A DNA stretch of 64,000 bases, taken from NCBI GenBank assembly GCA_050250255.1, contig JBFWOZ010000006.1, forward strand, positions 1-64,000. Direction: 5' to 3'. The stretch is from Bdellovibrionales bacterium. GTDB taxonomy: Bacteria > Bdellovibrionota > Bdellovibrionia > Bdellovibrionales > DASUEL01. The position numbers were made by a program, and so were the translations under genes. The notes beneath the pieces are model-generated. The model was not told the origin of the DNA and ran no database searches. It worked only from the letters and a program-made list of their open reading frames with translations. Shown here piece after piece: positions 9,680 to 19,322 of this stretch; within the stretch, counting starts at the first letter, position 1, and every line of letters begins with the position of its first letter.

Positions 9680-10879
9680 ATGTCGAAAAAGAAACCCGCC
9701 AGCGTTTTTGAAGATGAACCTACCGGAAACAAGTCCCATGAGTTTGCTTCACTTTTTGAAAAATCTTTGGGTCATTCTCTTAAAAAACTAAAAGTCGGCG
9801 ACTCTCTACGTGCAGAAATTTTGACGATTGGAAAAGATGAGTCCTTTGTTTCCACAGGCACACCTCATGACGCCGCCCTTTTAAACATCGACCTTCTCGA
9901 CGATAAAAAACAACTGAAGTATAAAGTCGGCGATATTATTGATGTGGTTGTCGTTAAAGTGAAGGGCGATGAAATTCGCGTGACGCGAAAGGGGGCGAAG
10001 AGTGCTCCTGTCGAAATGGAGAACTTAGAAGACGCCCATGATATGGAACTTCCCGTAGAAGGAAAAGTCACAGAAGTTGTGAATGGCGGATATCGAGTGA
10101 GCTTACAAGGACAATCTGCCTTTTGTCCCATCAGCCAAATGGATGTTCGGCCCGTGCTAGATCCAAGTGCCTTGATTGGAAAAAAGTTCGAATTCATCAT
10201 CACACAATTTGATGCGAAAAAAAGAAACATCGTTGTTTCTCGTCGTAAGTTTCTTGATCTCCGTAAGGCGGAAAATGAAGGCGAATGGCTCACTCAACAT
10301 AAAGTCGGCGATCTCCTTGACGGTGTTGTAACACGTGTAGAACAATTTGGGGCATTCGTAGATCTTGGTGGAGGCGTTGAAGGTCTCGTTCATATTTCAG
10401 AAATCGGCTTCTCCCGTTTAAAACATGCCTCTGAGGGTGCTCGTATCGGTGAAACCGTGCAAGTCAAACTTCTCAAGGTGGACGAAGAAGACACTCGCCT
10501 TAAAATATCTCTCTCAATAAAACAGGCCGGAGGCATCGGAGATCCTTGGATGCAAGTGCCACAAAAGTATCCAGTCGGAACAATCGTTGATGCTTACGTT
10601 GATAAAAAAGAATCTTTTGGTCTCTTCGTTGTGGTCGCTCCTGGAATCAATGGTCTTTTACCAAAATCCAAGTGGCGCGATTCAGAGGACGTAAAATCTT
10701 TCGAAAACAAAAGACCGGGCGATCCTATTAAAGTACGCGTCGATGAGGTTCGTTTTGAAGAAAGAAGAATGACTCTCGGTTTACCAGGAGAAGCGCAAGA
10801 TGATTCCTGGAAAGAGCATCAGGGAGCCAACGCGGGATTTGGCGCAATGGCTGCGGCATTTTCAAAACTTAAAAAATGA
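9680..10879 (+). CDS. S1 RNA-binding-domain protein (short ribosomal protein S1 paralog, about 4 S1 repeats)
   Basis: Repeated S1 motifs: AFCPISQMD, FGAFVDLGGGVEGLVHISEI, FGLFVVVAPGINGLLPKS. Confidence 0.85.
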   Translation: MSKKKPASVFEDEPTGNKSHEFASLFEKSLGHSLKKLKVGDSLRAEILTIGKDESFVSTGTPHDAALLNIDLLDDKKQLKYKVGDIIDVVVVKVKGDEIRVTRKGAKSAPVEMENLEDAHDMELPVEGKVTEVVNGGYRVSLQGQSAFCPISQMDVRPVLDPSALIGKKFEFIITQFDAKKRNIVVSRRKFLDLRKAENEGEWLTQHKVGDLLDGVVTRVEQFGAFVDLGGGVEGLVHISEIGFSRLKHASEGARIGETVQVKLLKVDEEDTRLKISLSIKQAGGIGDPWMQVPQKYPVGTIVDAYVDKKESFGLFVVVAPGINGLLPKSKWRDSEDVKSFENKRPGDPIKVRVDEVRFEERRMTLGLPGEAQDDSWKEHQGANAGFGAMAAAFSKLKK

Positions 10880-11574
10880 ACGTACAGAGCATGAGTCCGT
10901 TCACTCAGGGGTTTCGAGGCATGCTTCCTATCATCACGGGAATTATACCCTTTGGTGCAGTGATGGGAACGGTCTGCGCCAATGCACAGTTTAGTCTTTT
11001 TGAAACTGTCAGTATGAATATACTTGTTTTTGCGGGTGCCGCGCAGCTCGCCTCTGTAGACCTCATGACAAAACATGCGGCGATCGTCGTTATCATTGCG
11101 ACTGGCCTTATTATCAATTTACGTTTTTTACTCTACAGCGCGGCGCTCTCACCGACTTTACAACGGTCTTCGCTTTTAACGAAACTCACTTGTTCTTATT
11201 TTTTAACGGATCAAAGTTATGCGGTCATGACGGCTCATCAAGACAAGCTTCAAAATAATAAAGAAACGATTTCTTTTTATCTTGGCACTTGTGTGTGTAT
11301 GGCGATCGCCTGGCATCTCTCAGTCATTGTAGGTTATGTGTTTGGAAATTTTGCGCCTACCACCTGGGCTCTTGATTATGCCGTGCCGCTCAGTTTTATG
11401 GCTCTGGTAGTACCTACGCTAAAAAATAAAATCCATCTCCTGGTGGCCTTGTTTTCTTCTGTAGTTTCTCTCATGCTTCACGATATGCCCTATAAAACAG
11501 GACTTATTTTTACGGCCTTACTCGCAATCGCAGTGGGCGTTCTCCTTACCCGTAAGAAAAAGGTGGCGGCATGA
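10876..11574 (+). CDS. azlC: AzlC-family branched-chain amino acid exporter subunit
   Basis: VFAGAAQL, INLRFLLYSAAL, LTDQSYAV. Confidence 0.9.
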   Translation: MNVQSMSPFTQGFRGMLPIITGIIPFGAVMGTVCANAQFSLFETVSMNILVFAGAAQLASVDLMTKHAAIVVIIATGLIINLRFLLYSAALSPTLQRSSLLTKLTCSYFLTDQSYAVMTAHQDKLQNNKETISFYLGTCVCMAIAWHLSVIVGYVFGNFAPTTWALDYAVPLSFMALVVPTLKNKIHLLVALFSSVVSLMLHDMPYKTGLIFTALLAIAVGVLLTRKKKVAA

Positions 11575-11900
11575 TTCCATCACTTTATTTTTGGGAAAAT
11601 ATTTTTTTACTGGCAATAGGAACCCTTTTTATTCGTAGCTCGATCATTTTGATTTCTGAGAAAGTTAAAATCACCCCTCGGGTACGTGAAGTTTTCTCTT
11701 TTATCCCATCCGCGATCCTGCCAGCCTTTATCGCACCGGCTGTTTTTTTCCATCAAGGAACAGCCTCTTGGGCTTTGGGGAAAGAGCGTTTTTTTATTCT
11801 TCTCGCCGCAACGGCCGTTTGCTACCTGACTCGAAGTACGTTAGCGACCATTGGTTTTGGGCTCGTGGTACTTTACTGTGCGACTCAAATGTATATTTAA
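11571..11900 (+). CDS. azlD: AzlD-family membrane subunit
   Basis: GTLFIRSS, FIPSAILPAFIAP; coupled to azlC. Confidence 0.8.
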   Translation: MIPSLYFWENIFLLAIGTLFIRSSIILISEKVKITPRVREVFSFIPSAILPAFIAPAVFFHQGTASWALGKERFFILLAATAVCYLTRSTLATIGFGLVVLYCATQMYI

Positions 11901-11942
11901 ATTGCTTCAAAATGCCCTCAAATTCCAGGCACTTACGCCCTA

Positions 11943-11986
11943 TTGACATTTGTCTCTTTTCGCTTTATATTTAACTAATTAGTTAA
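11943..11986 (+). promoter_or_regulatory. sigma70 promoter with palindromic ArsR operator
   Basis: TTGACA-N17-TATATT overlapped by perfect palindrome TTAACTAATTAGTTAA (11971-11986). Confidence 0.8.
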
Positions 11987-12004
11987 TTAACCGATAGGTA
12001 TAAT

Positions 12005-12370
12005 ATGAGTGATTCCTTAAGCCTTACATTCTCCGCTCTTGCCGATCCTACGAGGAGAGCGATGCTCGCTCGCCTATCTCAGGGAGAGGCCAGTGTGTCA
12101 GACATTGCAAAGCCTTTTCTTAAAGAGATGAGTCTGCCGGCGGTCACAAAACATCTTAAAGTTCTCGAGAAAGCGGGCCTTGTTACCAAGACGAGAGAAG
12201 CCCAATGGAGACCCTGTAAGTTAAATGGTACCGGGCTCAAAGATGTTGCCCACTGGATGGAGCAGTATCGCCAGTTCTGGGAAGAAAGTTTTGATCGACT
12301 CGAAGAATATTTAAAAACCGTTACTCCTCAAATAAAAACGAAGGGAAAGAAACATGGCCGCAAAAAATAA
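12005..12370 (+). CDS. ArsR/SmtB-family transcriptional regulator
   Basis: FSALADPTRRAML...TKHLKVLEKAGLV...FWEESFDRL. Confidence 0.9.
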   Translation: MSDSLSLTFSALADPTRRAMLARLSQGEASVSDIAKPFLKEMSLPAVTKHLKVLEKAGLVTKTREAQWRPCKLNGTGLKDVAHWMEQYRQFWEESFDRLEEYLKTVTPQIKTKGKKHGRKK

Positions 12371-13304
12371 ACCCAACGAAATCTATATCACTCGAGTCTA
12401 CGATGCTCCTGCCAAAGCAGTCTGGGAAGCGTGGACCGACCCTAAGAAAGCCGCAAAATGGTGGGGACCACGCGGCTTCACGATCACCACTCATAGTAAA
12501 GATTTGCGTCCCGGCGGTACCTGGGACTACACCATGCATGGACCGGACGGAACGGATTATCCAAACGTAACCCTGTATCATGAGGTCGAAGAGTGCTCGC
12601 GCCTCGTTTATGATCACGGAGGTAGTCACGATAAGCCACCGCTTTTTCGAGTGACTGTGGACTTTACCGAAACAAAAGGTAAAACCAAAATGGAAATGAC
12701 CATGGCGCTCGCTTCTGCCGAGGCCGCAACCGAGACAAAAAAATTCATCAAAAAGGCCAACGGGAATTCCACTTGGGATCGCTTGGGTGAATACCTCACC
12801 AAAGAATCTTCGGGGAAAGAACAGTTTATTATCAACCGTTCTTTTGATGTGCCTCTTGAGACCATGTTTGAGATGTGGACCAACCCCAAACATTTTTCAA
12901 AGTGGCTCGCGCCCACAGGATTTAGCATGGAGTTTATCCGTGCGGATATTCAGACTGGGGGTAGCACATTTTATTTTATGACCGATGGAAAAACAAAAAT
13001 GTACGGACGGGCGAAGTATTTAGAAGTACAGAAACCGAATCGTCTCGTTTACACACAGCAATTCACTGACGAAAAAGAAAATGTTTCTAGGCACCCACAC
13101 GCACCCACTTGGCCCGAGACGATGCTGACAACCGTGACGCTCTCAGAAGAGGGACCCAACCAGACACGTGTTACCGTCTTGTGGGAGACACATGGAAATG
13201 TGACGAAGGAAGAACTCGAAACATTTATCAAAGCCAAAGCCGGCATGATGCAGGGATGGACCGGATCCTTTGATAAACTCGAAAATTATTTGCCGAAGAT
13301 TTAA
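12354..13304 (+). CDS. Tandem SRPBCC (AHSA1-like) domain protein
   Basis: Two SRPBCC repeats (VWEAWTDP..WWGP.GF; FEMWTNP..WLAPTGF; GWTGSFDKL). Confidence 0.9.
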   Translation: MAAKNKPNEIYITRVYDAPAKAVWEAWTDPKKAAKWWGPRGFTITTHSKDLRPGGTWDYTMHGPDGTDYPNVTLYHEVEECSRLVYDHGGSHDKPPLFRVTVDFTETKGKTKMEMTMALASAEAATETKKFIKKANGNSTWDRLGEYLTKESSGKEQFIINRSFDVPLETMFEMWTNPKHFSKWLAPTGFSMEFIRADIQTGGSTFYFMTDGKTKMYGRAKYLEVQKPNRLVYTQQFTDEKENVSRHPHAPTWPETMLTTVTLSEEGPNQTRVTVLWETHGNVTKEELETFIKAKAGMMQGWTGSFDKLENYLPKI

Positions 13305-15400
13305 TTTGGTTTTAGCCGTGAACCACATAAGGGAGCTGTCGTCTGCGAAGACTTCTTTTCTGCAGACGACGCTTTCTTATTGAGAAACCAATTATCTTTG
13401 TACTCCCCGACCATCGCGGGAATCTTTAAAGCTGAATAACGAAACCACCCCAGCACAACGCCCCTCAGAAAGCTTGTTGCGAGGAGGCGTCGCATACGTT
13501 GAGGATCTATTTCTTTTGATAATTCGACCAATGAACCTGAAACCGGCGCAAGAGTTCGAAGGGCTTGTGTGTACCTGGCGGAACCTTGATACTTTAATTC
13601 GTAGGAGGCCCGTTTAAGAATTTCAGAGAAGACCTCTGAAAAATCATCTAAAATCTTTCTCGAAATTTCGTTATTTAGAAAGTCTGACGGTGTACGAGAC
13701 TCAATTTTCCATTTTTCAAAAACTTCTTGAATTAACTTTTGAAGCTTCTCCGGAGGCTCTTGGGGATTTTTGCTCATAAGGACCATTTGTTTAGCAACGC
13801 CGAGGGAGTTCCCCATCGCAAAATAGTAAGCTGCTTTGAGTGGATAAGAAATTAAACCTTTTGTTTTGACCGTCTGAGCAAAGTCAACGAGACCGAGCTT
13901 AGATGTCGTACCTTCTTTTTCAATATCGTCAAACATTTTCTCAACGATATTTCCCGTGTGAAGATCGGCATGGAGCTCCTTCAAAACAAAAATCATGTAG
14001 AGGGTGGTTTCGAGAAGACTTGAAAATGTTTTTTCTATTCCTTTTTGGCGGTTTTTTTGTTCTTGCGTGAACTGCCCCGGCTCATCAAACATCTCCGCCA
14101 ATGAGGTTCCGCTCGCAAGAGATTTTCTTAAGTTCGCCCCGTCTATTTCTTCCATCGTGATAATTGATTTTGTCGTATATTTATCAAAAACCTTTGGAAC
14201 AACAATATTGAAGTGTAGCCAAAAAAATCTTCGATACTTCTTTAAATTTTTCACTTCTTGACCGAGAAAGTTCAGCTCTCCCTCAAACGCGAGCTCAAGG
14301 CCCATTACTTGATCCGTAATAAAGTTAATAATCGGTGCGGTTTTCTCTGTAGTGAAAACAGCTAGTGATTTCATGAGGAATTGATTAAATTTTTTATTAA
14401 ATTCCAACTCTTCAAGGAGACCAGGCCTCTGAACCTTGATAATCACAGATCTGACTCTGCCCCATTCTTTTATTTTCGCTTTATAGGTGACCGCGATGGA
14501 GCCACTCGCAATGGGTTTTTCAGGGTCAAAATCGATAAATATCTCTCGCGGATCTCTGCCCAACTCGCGAGTCATGATTTCAAGAACTTCTTTGGTAGAC
14601 ATTGGTGGTACACGGTCTTGGAATACACTGAGAGACTCAGACACTCCTGAAGGAAGGAGAAAATCCATGTTACTCAATGTTTGGGCGAGCTTGATATAAA
14701 ACACGCCGAGAGAAGAAATATTTTTTACAATCTCCCTCATCTTGGCTGGTGAGATTGAGTCTCGTGGCTCCCCATCTTCAAGCGAAAGGAGCCCCATAAT
14801 ATTTTTTATTGCTTTTCCCTGTTTGTAAAAAAAGAGCAGATCTCTTTTGATTTTTTCAACACCCTCAGATCGCCCCGTGGGGTCCGACTGTAATACCTGA
14901 AAGAGTGCGCGTTCCTCAAGTGCCACCAGGAAACGCAGAGCTTCAAGCGAAGCAGAGAGTTTGTAATAAAAATCTTCAGGATTCTTCTTTAAATACGCTT
15001 CCAATTTTTTTGAAAGCTCGGAGAGCTGAGCAACAGGTAGTCGTACTGTTTTTGCGGTTGCTTGGAGTTCGGCATTAAGACCGAGAGACTTTAAAAAATG
15101 GTCCTCTGTGAGGTCAAAGGCAACTTGTTTTAATCCGGGGAGAGTTTCGCTTCCTTTTTGAGTCAGCCACTGTGCGGTTTCGTAACAACTCTGCCGACAA
15201 GTTTCGTCGAACGTGTGGAAGAACCGACTGATCTGCGCGCTCTTCATTTCTTCTGAAAACTCTGGTGCTCTAATGACATTCCACGTCTGATGAAGCTCGC
15301 GAGAGAGGTCTTCGACGGTCGGTTTTGTCGGCCCGGCAAACGCTTCTGGTACAAACAGGAAAAGGGCGAAAAAAAGAAGACTGATTTTCATGAAATTCAT
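13301..15400 (-). CDS. ABC1/AarF/UbiB-family atypical kinase with N-terminal signal peptide
   Basis: YIKLAQ, FQDRVPP, IASGSIA, IKVQRP, HADLHTGNI, VDF motifs; MKISLLFFALFLFVPEAFA signal peptide. Confidence 0.85.
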   Translation of the reverse strand: MNFMKISLLFFALFLFVPEAFAGPTKPTVEDLSRELHQTWNVIRAPEFSEEMKSAQISRFFHTFDETCRQSCYETAQWLTQKGSETLPGLKQVAFDLTEDHFLKSLGLNAELQATAKTVRLPVAQLSELSKKLEAYLKKNPEDFYYKLSASLEALRFLVALEERALFQVLQSDPTGRSEGVEKIKRDLLFFYKQGKAIKNIMGLLSLEDGEPRDSISPAKMREIVKNISSLGVFYIKLAQTLSNMDFLLPSGVSESLSVFQDRVPPMSTKEVLEIMTRELGRDPREIFIDFDPEKPIASGSIAVTYKAKIKEWGRVRSVIIKVQRPGLLEELEFNKKFNQFLMKSLAVFTTEKTAPIINFITDQVMGLELAFEGELNFLGQEVKNLKKYRRFFWLHFNIVVPKVFDKYTTKSIITMEEIDGANLRKSLASGTSLAEMFDEPGQFTQEQKNRQKGIEKTFSSLLETTLYMIFVLKELHADLHTGNIVEKMFDDIEKEGTTSKLGLVDFAQTVKTKGLISYPLKAAYYFAMGNSLGVAKQMVLMSKNPQEPPEKLQKLIQEVFEKWKIESRTPSDFLNNEISRKILDDFSEVFSEILKRASYELKYQGSARYTQALRTLAPVSGSLVELSKEIDPQRMRRLLATSFLRGVVLGWFRYSALKIPAMVGEYKDNWFLNKKASSAEKKSSQTTAPLCGSRLKPN

Positions 15401-15413
15401 CGAGAAGCCTAGC

Positions 15414-15429
15414 AGCAATCACCACGCCA
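15414..15429 (-). promoter_or_regulatory. sigma54 promoter
   Basis: TGGCGTGGTGATTGCT, C of the GC lies 15 nt before ATG 15400. Confidence 0.65.
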
Positions 15430-15800
15430 AGAAAGACGCTTTTCCAAAGCCTTGTAAGGCTTCTAAAAGCCTTTATTCCCTCGAGAAATCTCTCTCGATG
15501 CTTAATCTTTTAGCACTGTGACATTACTGGGCGTTTGGGGAATGGCATTTGCACCATAAGCACATCAACTCGGCAGAGTCCGAATTGATCGTACTTTTGT
15601 GGCAAATTGCCTCGAGAGGTCGCAAGAAAGAACTAAGGGGGGGCTACATGTTCAAATTGTTCGTTTTCGTTAGCTTTTTATTTCCGGAATTTTCTCAAGC
15701 GGCCAGATGGCTCTGTACCCGTAAGCGATGATGGCGGGAATAAAATCTGGCGAGTCGCTCCCGTAAAAGAAGAAAAGAAATAATTAACCAAAGGAATAAA

Positions 15801-16328
15801 ATGGAAAAATCAACTGAACAATTAGACGGACGTACGGATCAGAAAAAGAATTTAAAACACTTACCCATTGTGATCGAAAGGGTTTTTCAAGCCCCTGTCG
15901 AAAAACTTTGGAAAGCCTGGTCAACAGTTGGGCTGCTCAAACAATGGTGGGGACCTAATGGTTACTCTTCTCCCGAAGCTAAAATGGATTTTCGTGTCGG
16001 AGGAGATTATCTCTTTTCCATGCAAGGTCCTGACGGAAAAGTCACTTGGAGTGGAGGAACCTACAGATCCATTATCCCAAACAAAAAAATTGTCTGCACT
16101 GATCACTTCGCGGACAACGACGGAACCATCATTTCTGCCAATTCTATTGGTCTTCCTGGTGATTGGCCACAAGAGCTTCGAGTCACTGTTGATTTTGAAA
16201 GTCTCAAGCCTCATCAAACAAAAATGACAGTGACCTATGAAGGGGTTCCTGAGGAAGCGCACGATGATTGTGTCGAAGGATGGAAACAGACGATCGATAA
16301 ATTACAAAAATTAGTGGAAAGTAATTAA
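15801..16328 (+). CDS. SRPBCC (AHSA1-like) domain protein
   Basis: IERVFQAPVEKLWKAWS..WWGP.G; GWKQTIDKL; SD AAGGA. Confidence 0.9.
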   Translation: MEKSTEQLDGRTDQKKNLKHLPIVIERVFQAPVEKLWKAWSTVGLLKQWWGPNGYSSPEAKMDFRVGGDYLFSMQGPDGKVTWSGGTYRSIIPNKKIVCTDHFADNDGTIISANSIGLPGDWPQELRVTVDFESLKPHQTKMTVTYEGVPEEAHDDCVEGWKQTIDKLQKLVESN

Positions 16329-16504
16329 TGAAAACACCCATAGCAGAAAAAATTAAAAAGCTTTTTACTCCTGCTTTTAACTATCCCTGGTTCTCCACAC
16401 GGATTTTTCCAGGAAGCGTTGTAAAGGTGAAAAAAACAAAGCCTGCACCTCGAAAGAAAACTCGCGAGAATGCTCCGCGAGTCGGTGAGGAACAGGCTCC
16501 TTAG
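16328..16504 (+). CDS. Small basic hypothetical protein (58 aa, not in ORF track)
   Basis: TAATG overlap with upstream stop; MKTPIAEKIKKLF...EEQAP. Confidence 0.4.
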   Translation: MKTPIAEKIKKLFTPAFNYPWFSTRIFPGSVVKVKKTKPAPRKKTRENAPRVGEEQAP

Positions 16505-16510
16505 GCGGTG

Positions 16511-17191
16511 TTACCAGGGCAGATGTTCGCCCTTAAAGTTGTAGAACTCACCAGTCTGTTTTGAAGTTGCACTTGTGATCACTTGAAATAACCCAGCCGC
16601 GCAGTCTTTTGTAGTCACCGTAGCTCCAGCACCACCCATGTCGGTTTTTACCCAACCCGGATGAAGGGTCAAACAAGTGAGGCTCGTAAACTCTTTTGAG
16701 AGACACATGTTAAACATGTTGAGTGCCGCTTTTGACATTCGGTAATCGTAGTACCCGCCACTTTTGTTATCGCTGATTGATCCCATTTGGCTTGTGATCT
16801 GAGCAACGATTCCGCTTTTGTTCATAAATGGAATGACAAGCTGACTCATACGCATTGGGCCTAAGGTGTTCACATCTAAAACTTCACGCACGCCTTCCAA
16901 ATCAAGTTCTAAAATGGAGCTCGCTTTTTCTCCGATGACGCCAGCGTTATTAATAAGAATGTCGATGGATTTTAAATTTTTCAGTTGTTCTTTGAGCGGA
17001 CCAAAGGTGGACTCATCAGTGAGGTCAGCCGTGACCGCAATCACGGAAGACGAATCCGATAACTGGAGTAACTCTTTCGCAGAACTTGCGTCTCGATAGG
17101 TGCCAATGACCTGATAGCCTTTAGCGACGAATTCTTTTGTGAGCGCCAAACCAATTCCACGACCCGCACCGGTGATTAAAACTTTTTTCAT
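16511..17191 (-). CDS. Short-chain dehydrogenase/reductase (C-factor/CsgA-like)
   Basis: TGAGRGIG, NNAG, SQMGSI, YRMSK, LHPGWVKTDMGG. Confidence 0.9.
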   Translation of the reverse strand: MKKVLITGAGRGIGLALTKEFVAKGYQVIGTYRDASSAKELLQLSDSSSVIAVTADLTDESTFGPLKEQLKNLKSIDILINNAGVIGEKASSILELDLEGVREVLDVNTLGPMRMSQLVIPFMNKSGIVAQITSQMGSISDNKSGGYYDYRMSKAALNMFNMCLSKEFTSLTCLTLHPGWVKTDMGGAGATVTTKDCAAGLFQVITSATSKQTGEFYNFKGEHLPW

Positions 17192-17358
17192 AAGATCTCC
17201 TCAAGACGAAATATCTTCTGTTTATGAGCGCGAGTCATCGTTAGACCTGTGACTAAGCGCCGCAACTCCAATATAGCCCTCTCAATGGTGATCCGCTCCA
17301 TTCGCATTTACCCAAAAATGTGTTATGGTAAACTCGCTTTTTGAGGTTTCTCTTATGT

Positions 17359-17713
17359 GGGGGCGACATGGCTTCGACGTGGGTAGTGAAATCCAGAGTG
17401 CATGCAGGGGCGTACAACCTCTTTAAAAAAGTGCAAACTTGTATTTGGCAACGAATACGCAATGGCAGCCTAGTTTTAACTAGCGTTACCCGTGGCCTGA
17501 TCTGCCGGTAGTTTGGATCAGGTACCACGTCATTTAATTACCGCTTGAGAACATGAGCTCTCCGATCGTGGTCACAAGAAATGAATCGGGGAAACGGGCC
17601 AGAGAAGGTTGTCTAAGATCGTCTCGGGTCATCTTTAAATCTTAGGCTAAGCATGTAGTATCTTTGTGATGGAGCACCTGCGGACCCGAGTTCGATTCTC
17701 GGCGCCTCCACCA
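17359..17713 (+). ncRNA. ssrA: tmRNA; tag peptide GNEYAMAA* at 17447-17473
   Basis: 5' GGGGGCG..GGCTTCGAC; 3' T-arm GAGTTCGATTCTC and CGCCTCCACCA with G.U acceptor pair; internal tag ORF ending AA-stop; 355 nt. Confidence 0.97.
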
Positions 17714-17751
17714 TTAGTCAAGGTGTTCGAACCGCTGACTAAATTTTTTTT
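17714..17751 (+). terminator. tmRNA terminator
   Basis: TTAGTCA...TGACTAA hairpin followed by T9. Confidence 0.65.
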
Positions 17752-18081
17752 CGGCCTGTAAACTGAATACTTCTGAAGAGCCCCTGATCGGGGCCTTCGG
17801 GAGGCTTCGCTGCCTTGAGCCCCGGCGTTCGTTTTATTAAGCGTAATTGTAGGCATGGCGCCATTATTAATGGCGTCAGTCGTTAGAAGCTCTCTTTGGT
17901 AGTGAAAACCTCCAAAACGTTTACCTATATGCATACGCATAAATAAAAAATAGGGGTGGCTTTGCTACTTCTGCGCATATAGCGACTTACTACTTTTGCA
18001 AAGGTTTATGGGAAATTCCATTTTCAGTGTGGCGTTCCGCTCCCAGCTTCTGGCCGTCGCTCAGGGAGTATCCGTTAGTAT

Positions 18082-18117
18082 ACGTCTCTTCCTTAAAATT
18101 TACCGATGGCCCCGGAT
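18082..18117. repeat. Dispersed repeat, copy A (partner 28631-28668)
   Basis: ACGTCTC--TTCCTTAAAATTTACCGATGGCCCCGGAT vs ACGTCTCGTATCCTTGAAATTTTCCGATGGCCACGGAT, about 32/38 identical. Confidence 0.7.
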
Positions 18118-18202
18118 CCTATCGACTCTCAAGCTTTTTTTGCTCCGCTTTATTTCACGGTCCACATGGAACGATACCAGATTTCCGATTTCTGAGGATA
18201 CT

Positions 18203-18529
18203 CTACGCCGATTCGAGCTTAACATCGTAGTGAAAACCCTCTTTGGCCAATGAATCGCGAAGAGCCAGTTGGATTAAACCCATCTCAGGTAAGCCCAACT
18301 TTTTTGCAATACGAGCAGCTCTTGTTGGCGTAGGGATTCTTCGCGCTTTTTCAAGATCATTCAAGTTTTGAACTGACAGACCGATCTTCTTCGCAAAGGC
18401 GGTTTGACTCATATCTTCAGCTTCGCGCCAAGCTTTGAGTAAATCCCCAAAAGTCATGACACCGTATTGTTTTTCAAGTTTTTCAAAGTAAGATTTAGTA
18501 ATCATGTTTATGTACCTCCAATAATTCAA
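18203..18529 (-). CDS. HigA-like XRE/HTH antitoxin
   Basis: LLKAWREAEDMSQTAFAKKIGLSVQNLNDLEKARR HTH, downstream of toxin; true start may be ATG 18505. Confidence 0.8.
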   Translation of the reverse strand: MNYWRYINMITKSYFEKLEKQYGVMTFGDLLKAWREAEDMSQTAFAKKIGLSVQNLNDLEKARRIPTPTRAARIAKKLGLPEMGLIQLALRDSLAKEGFHYDVKLESA

Positions 18530-18776
18530 TGTGAACTCGGTCTTGAATTACACGATAAATCAACCTATATGCTCTGTTCAATCGCACCGATCGCTGACCT
18601 TTGCGCTCGCCTTTTAGTGGCTCATCGTGAAAGCCGGGAGACTTCATAACCTCGGCCAACCCATTTGACTCGACCAAGAAAACCCAAAAAATGACCTTCT
18701 TCCTGATAAAATCAGGAATTTTAGAGAGCTGTTTATCAAAGGCCTTGCTATGAGATACTTTGGTGCGAACTTTCAT
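18495..18776 (-). CDS. RelE/HigB-like mRNA interferase toxin
   Basis: HDEPLKGERKGQRSVRLNRAYRLIY; toxin-first gene order. Confidence 0.85.
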   Translation of the reverse strand: MKVRTKVSHSKAFDKQLSKIPDFIRKKVIFWVFLVESNGLAEVMKSPGFHDEPLKGERKGQRSVRLNRAYRLIYRVIQDRVHIELLEVHKHDY

Positions 18777-18785
18777 CTATGTCCA

Positions 18786-18810
18786 ATATTACTTCAAACT
18801 GAAGTAATAT
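18786..18810 (-). promoter_or_regulatory. TA operator palindrome overlapping a sigma70-like promoter
   Basis: ATATTACTTCA-aac-TGAAGTAATAT; minus strand TTGTAT-N17-TAATAT. Confidence 0.75.
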
Positions 18811-18962
18811 ACAAGTCATTTCTAAAACCCCGCTAAAAGGGCTTTAAATTAGCCCGGCCACGTCAGAAGAAAAATCTCAGAAGTTAGTACAATTAGTTTA
18901 GGCCACGCATTTCTGCCTTCTTGCCTAATTCCACTCAAAGTTTTATTAGTTAAGGGAAGCCA

Positions 18963-18990
18963 GGTTCCGATTCTGGCCGCCTCCACCATT
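18963..18990 (+). repeat. Degenerate duplicate of tmRNA 3' end (att-like)
   Basis: GGTTCCGATTCTGGCCGCCTCCACCATT vs ssrA AGTTCGATTCTCGGCGCCTCCACCATT; exact 13-bp core CGCCTCCACCATT. Confidence 0.8.
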
Positions 18991-19105
18991 TACTTTTCCG
19001 ACTAGATCCGATAAGGTTTTTCTCGAAGATTAAAATAGACAATCTTCGAGGGAAAACCGTCTTTTTTGATTTGAAGTAGTCCGACTGGGTATTGATAAAA
19101 GCGAA

Positions 19106-19321
19106 ATGTGTGGACATGGCTTCCGAGCTATGGCGAGAAAAATGAACTCCCCAAGATGTTGTATTTTCGAATGTCCCTATGAAGTTCTAGAAAAACGTAT
19201 TCTTGGACGCGCCAAGTATTTAGGTCGAAGTGACGACAATATTGAGAGCATGAAGTTGAGATTTGACACTTTCAAAGCGGAGACGTTGCCGACTGTTAAA
19301 TTTTTCAAGGGCAAAGCTTGA
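19106..19321 (+). pseudogene. Fragment of UMP-CMP/adenylate kinase family gene
   Basis: FECPYEVLEKRILGR...GRSDDNIESMKLRFDTF (LID region); P-loop half missing. Confidence 0.65.
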
Positions 19322-19322
19322 T

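Larger units (their letters stand above)
17714..18990. mobile_element. Decayed tmRNA-integrated islet carrying a TA module
   Basis: Bounded by the ssrA 3' end and its degenerate duplicate at 18963-18990; no integrase present. Confidence 0.65.

Noticed and set aside
15648..15731. Short signal-peptide-like ORF MFKLFVFVSFLFPEFSQAARWLCTRKR
   Set aside because: Probably a truncated remnant; no mature domain to support a call.
17970..17997. dif-like site TCTGCGCATAT-AGCGAC-TTACTACTTTT
   Set aside because: Only the XerC-like arm resembles dif; the normally well-conserved XerD arm (TTATGTTAAAT) does not match.
17253..18253. ORFs 17253-17528, 17647-17940, 17996-18253 and 18027-18230
   Set aside because: They overlap tmRNA or decayed islet DNA and show no recognisable motifs or RBS.
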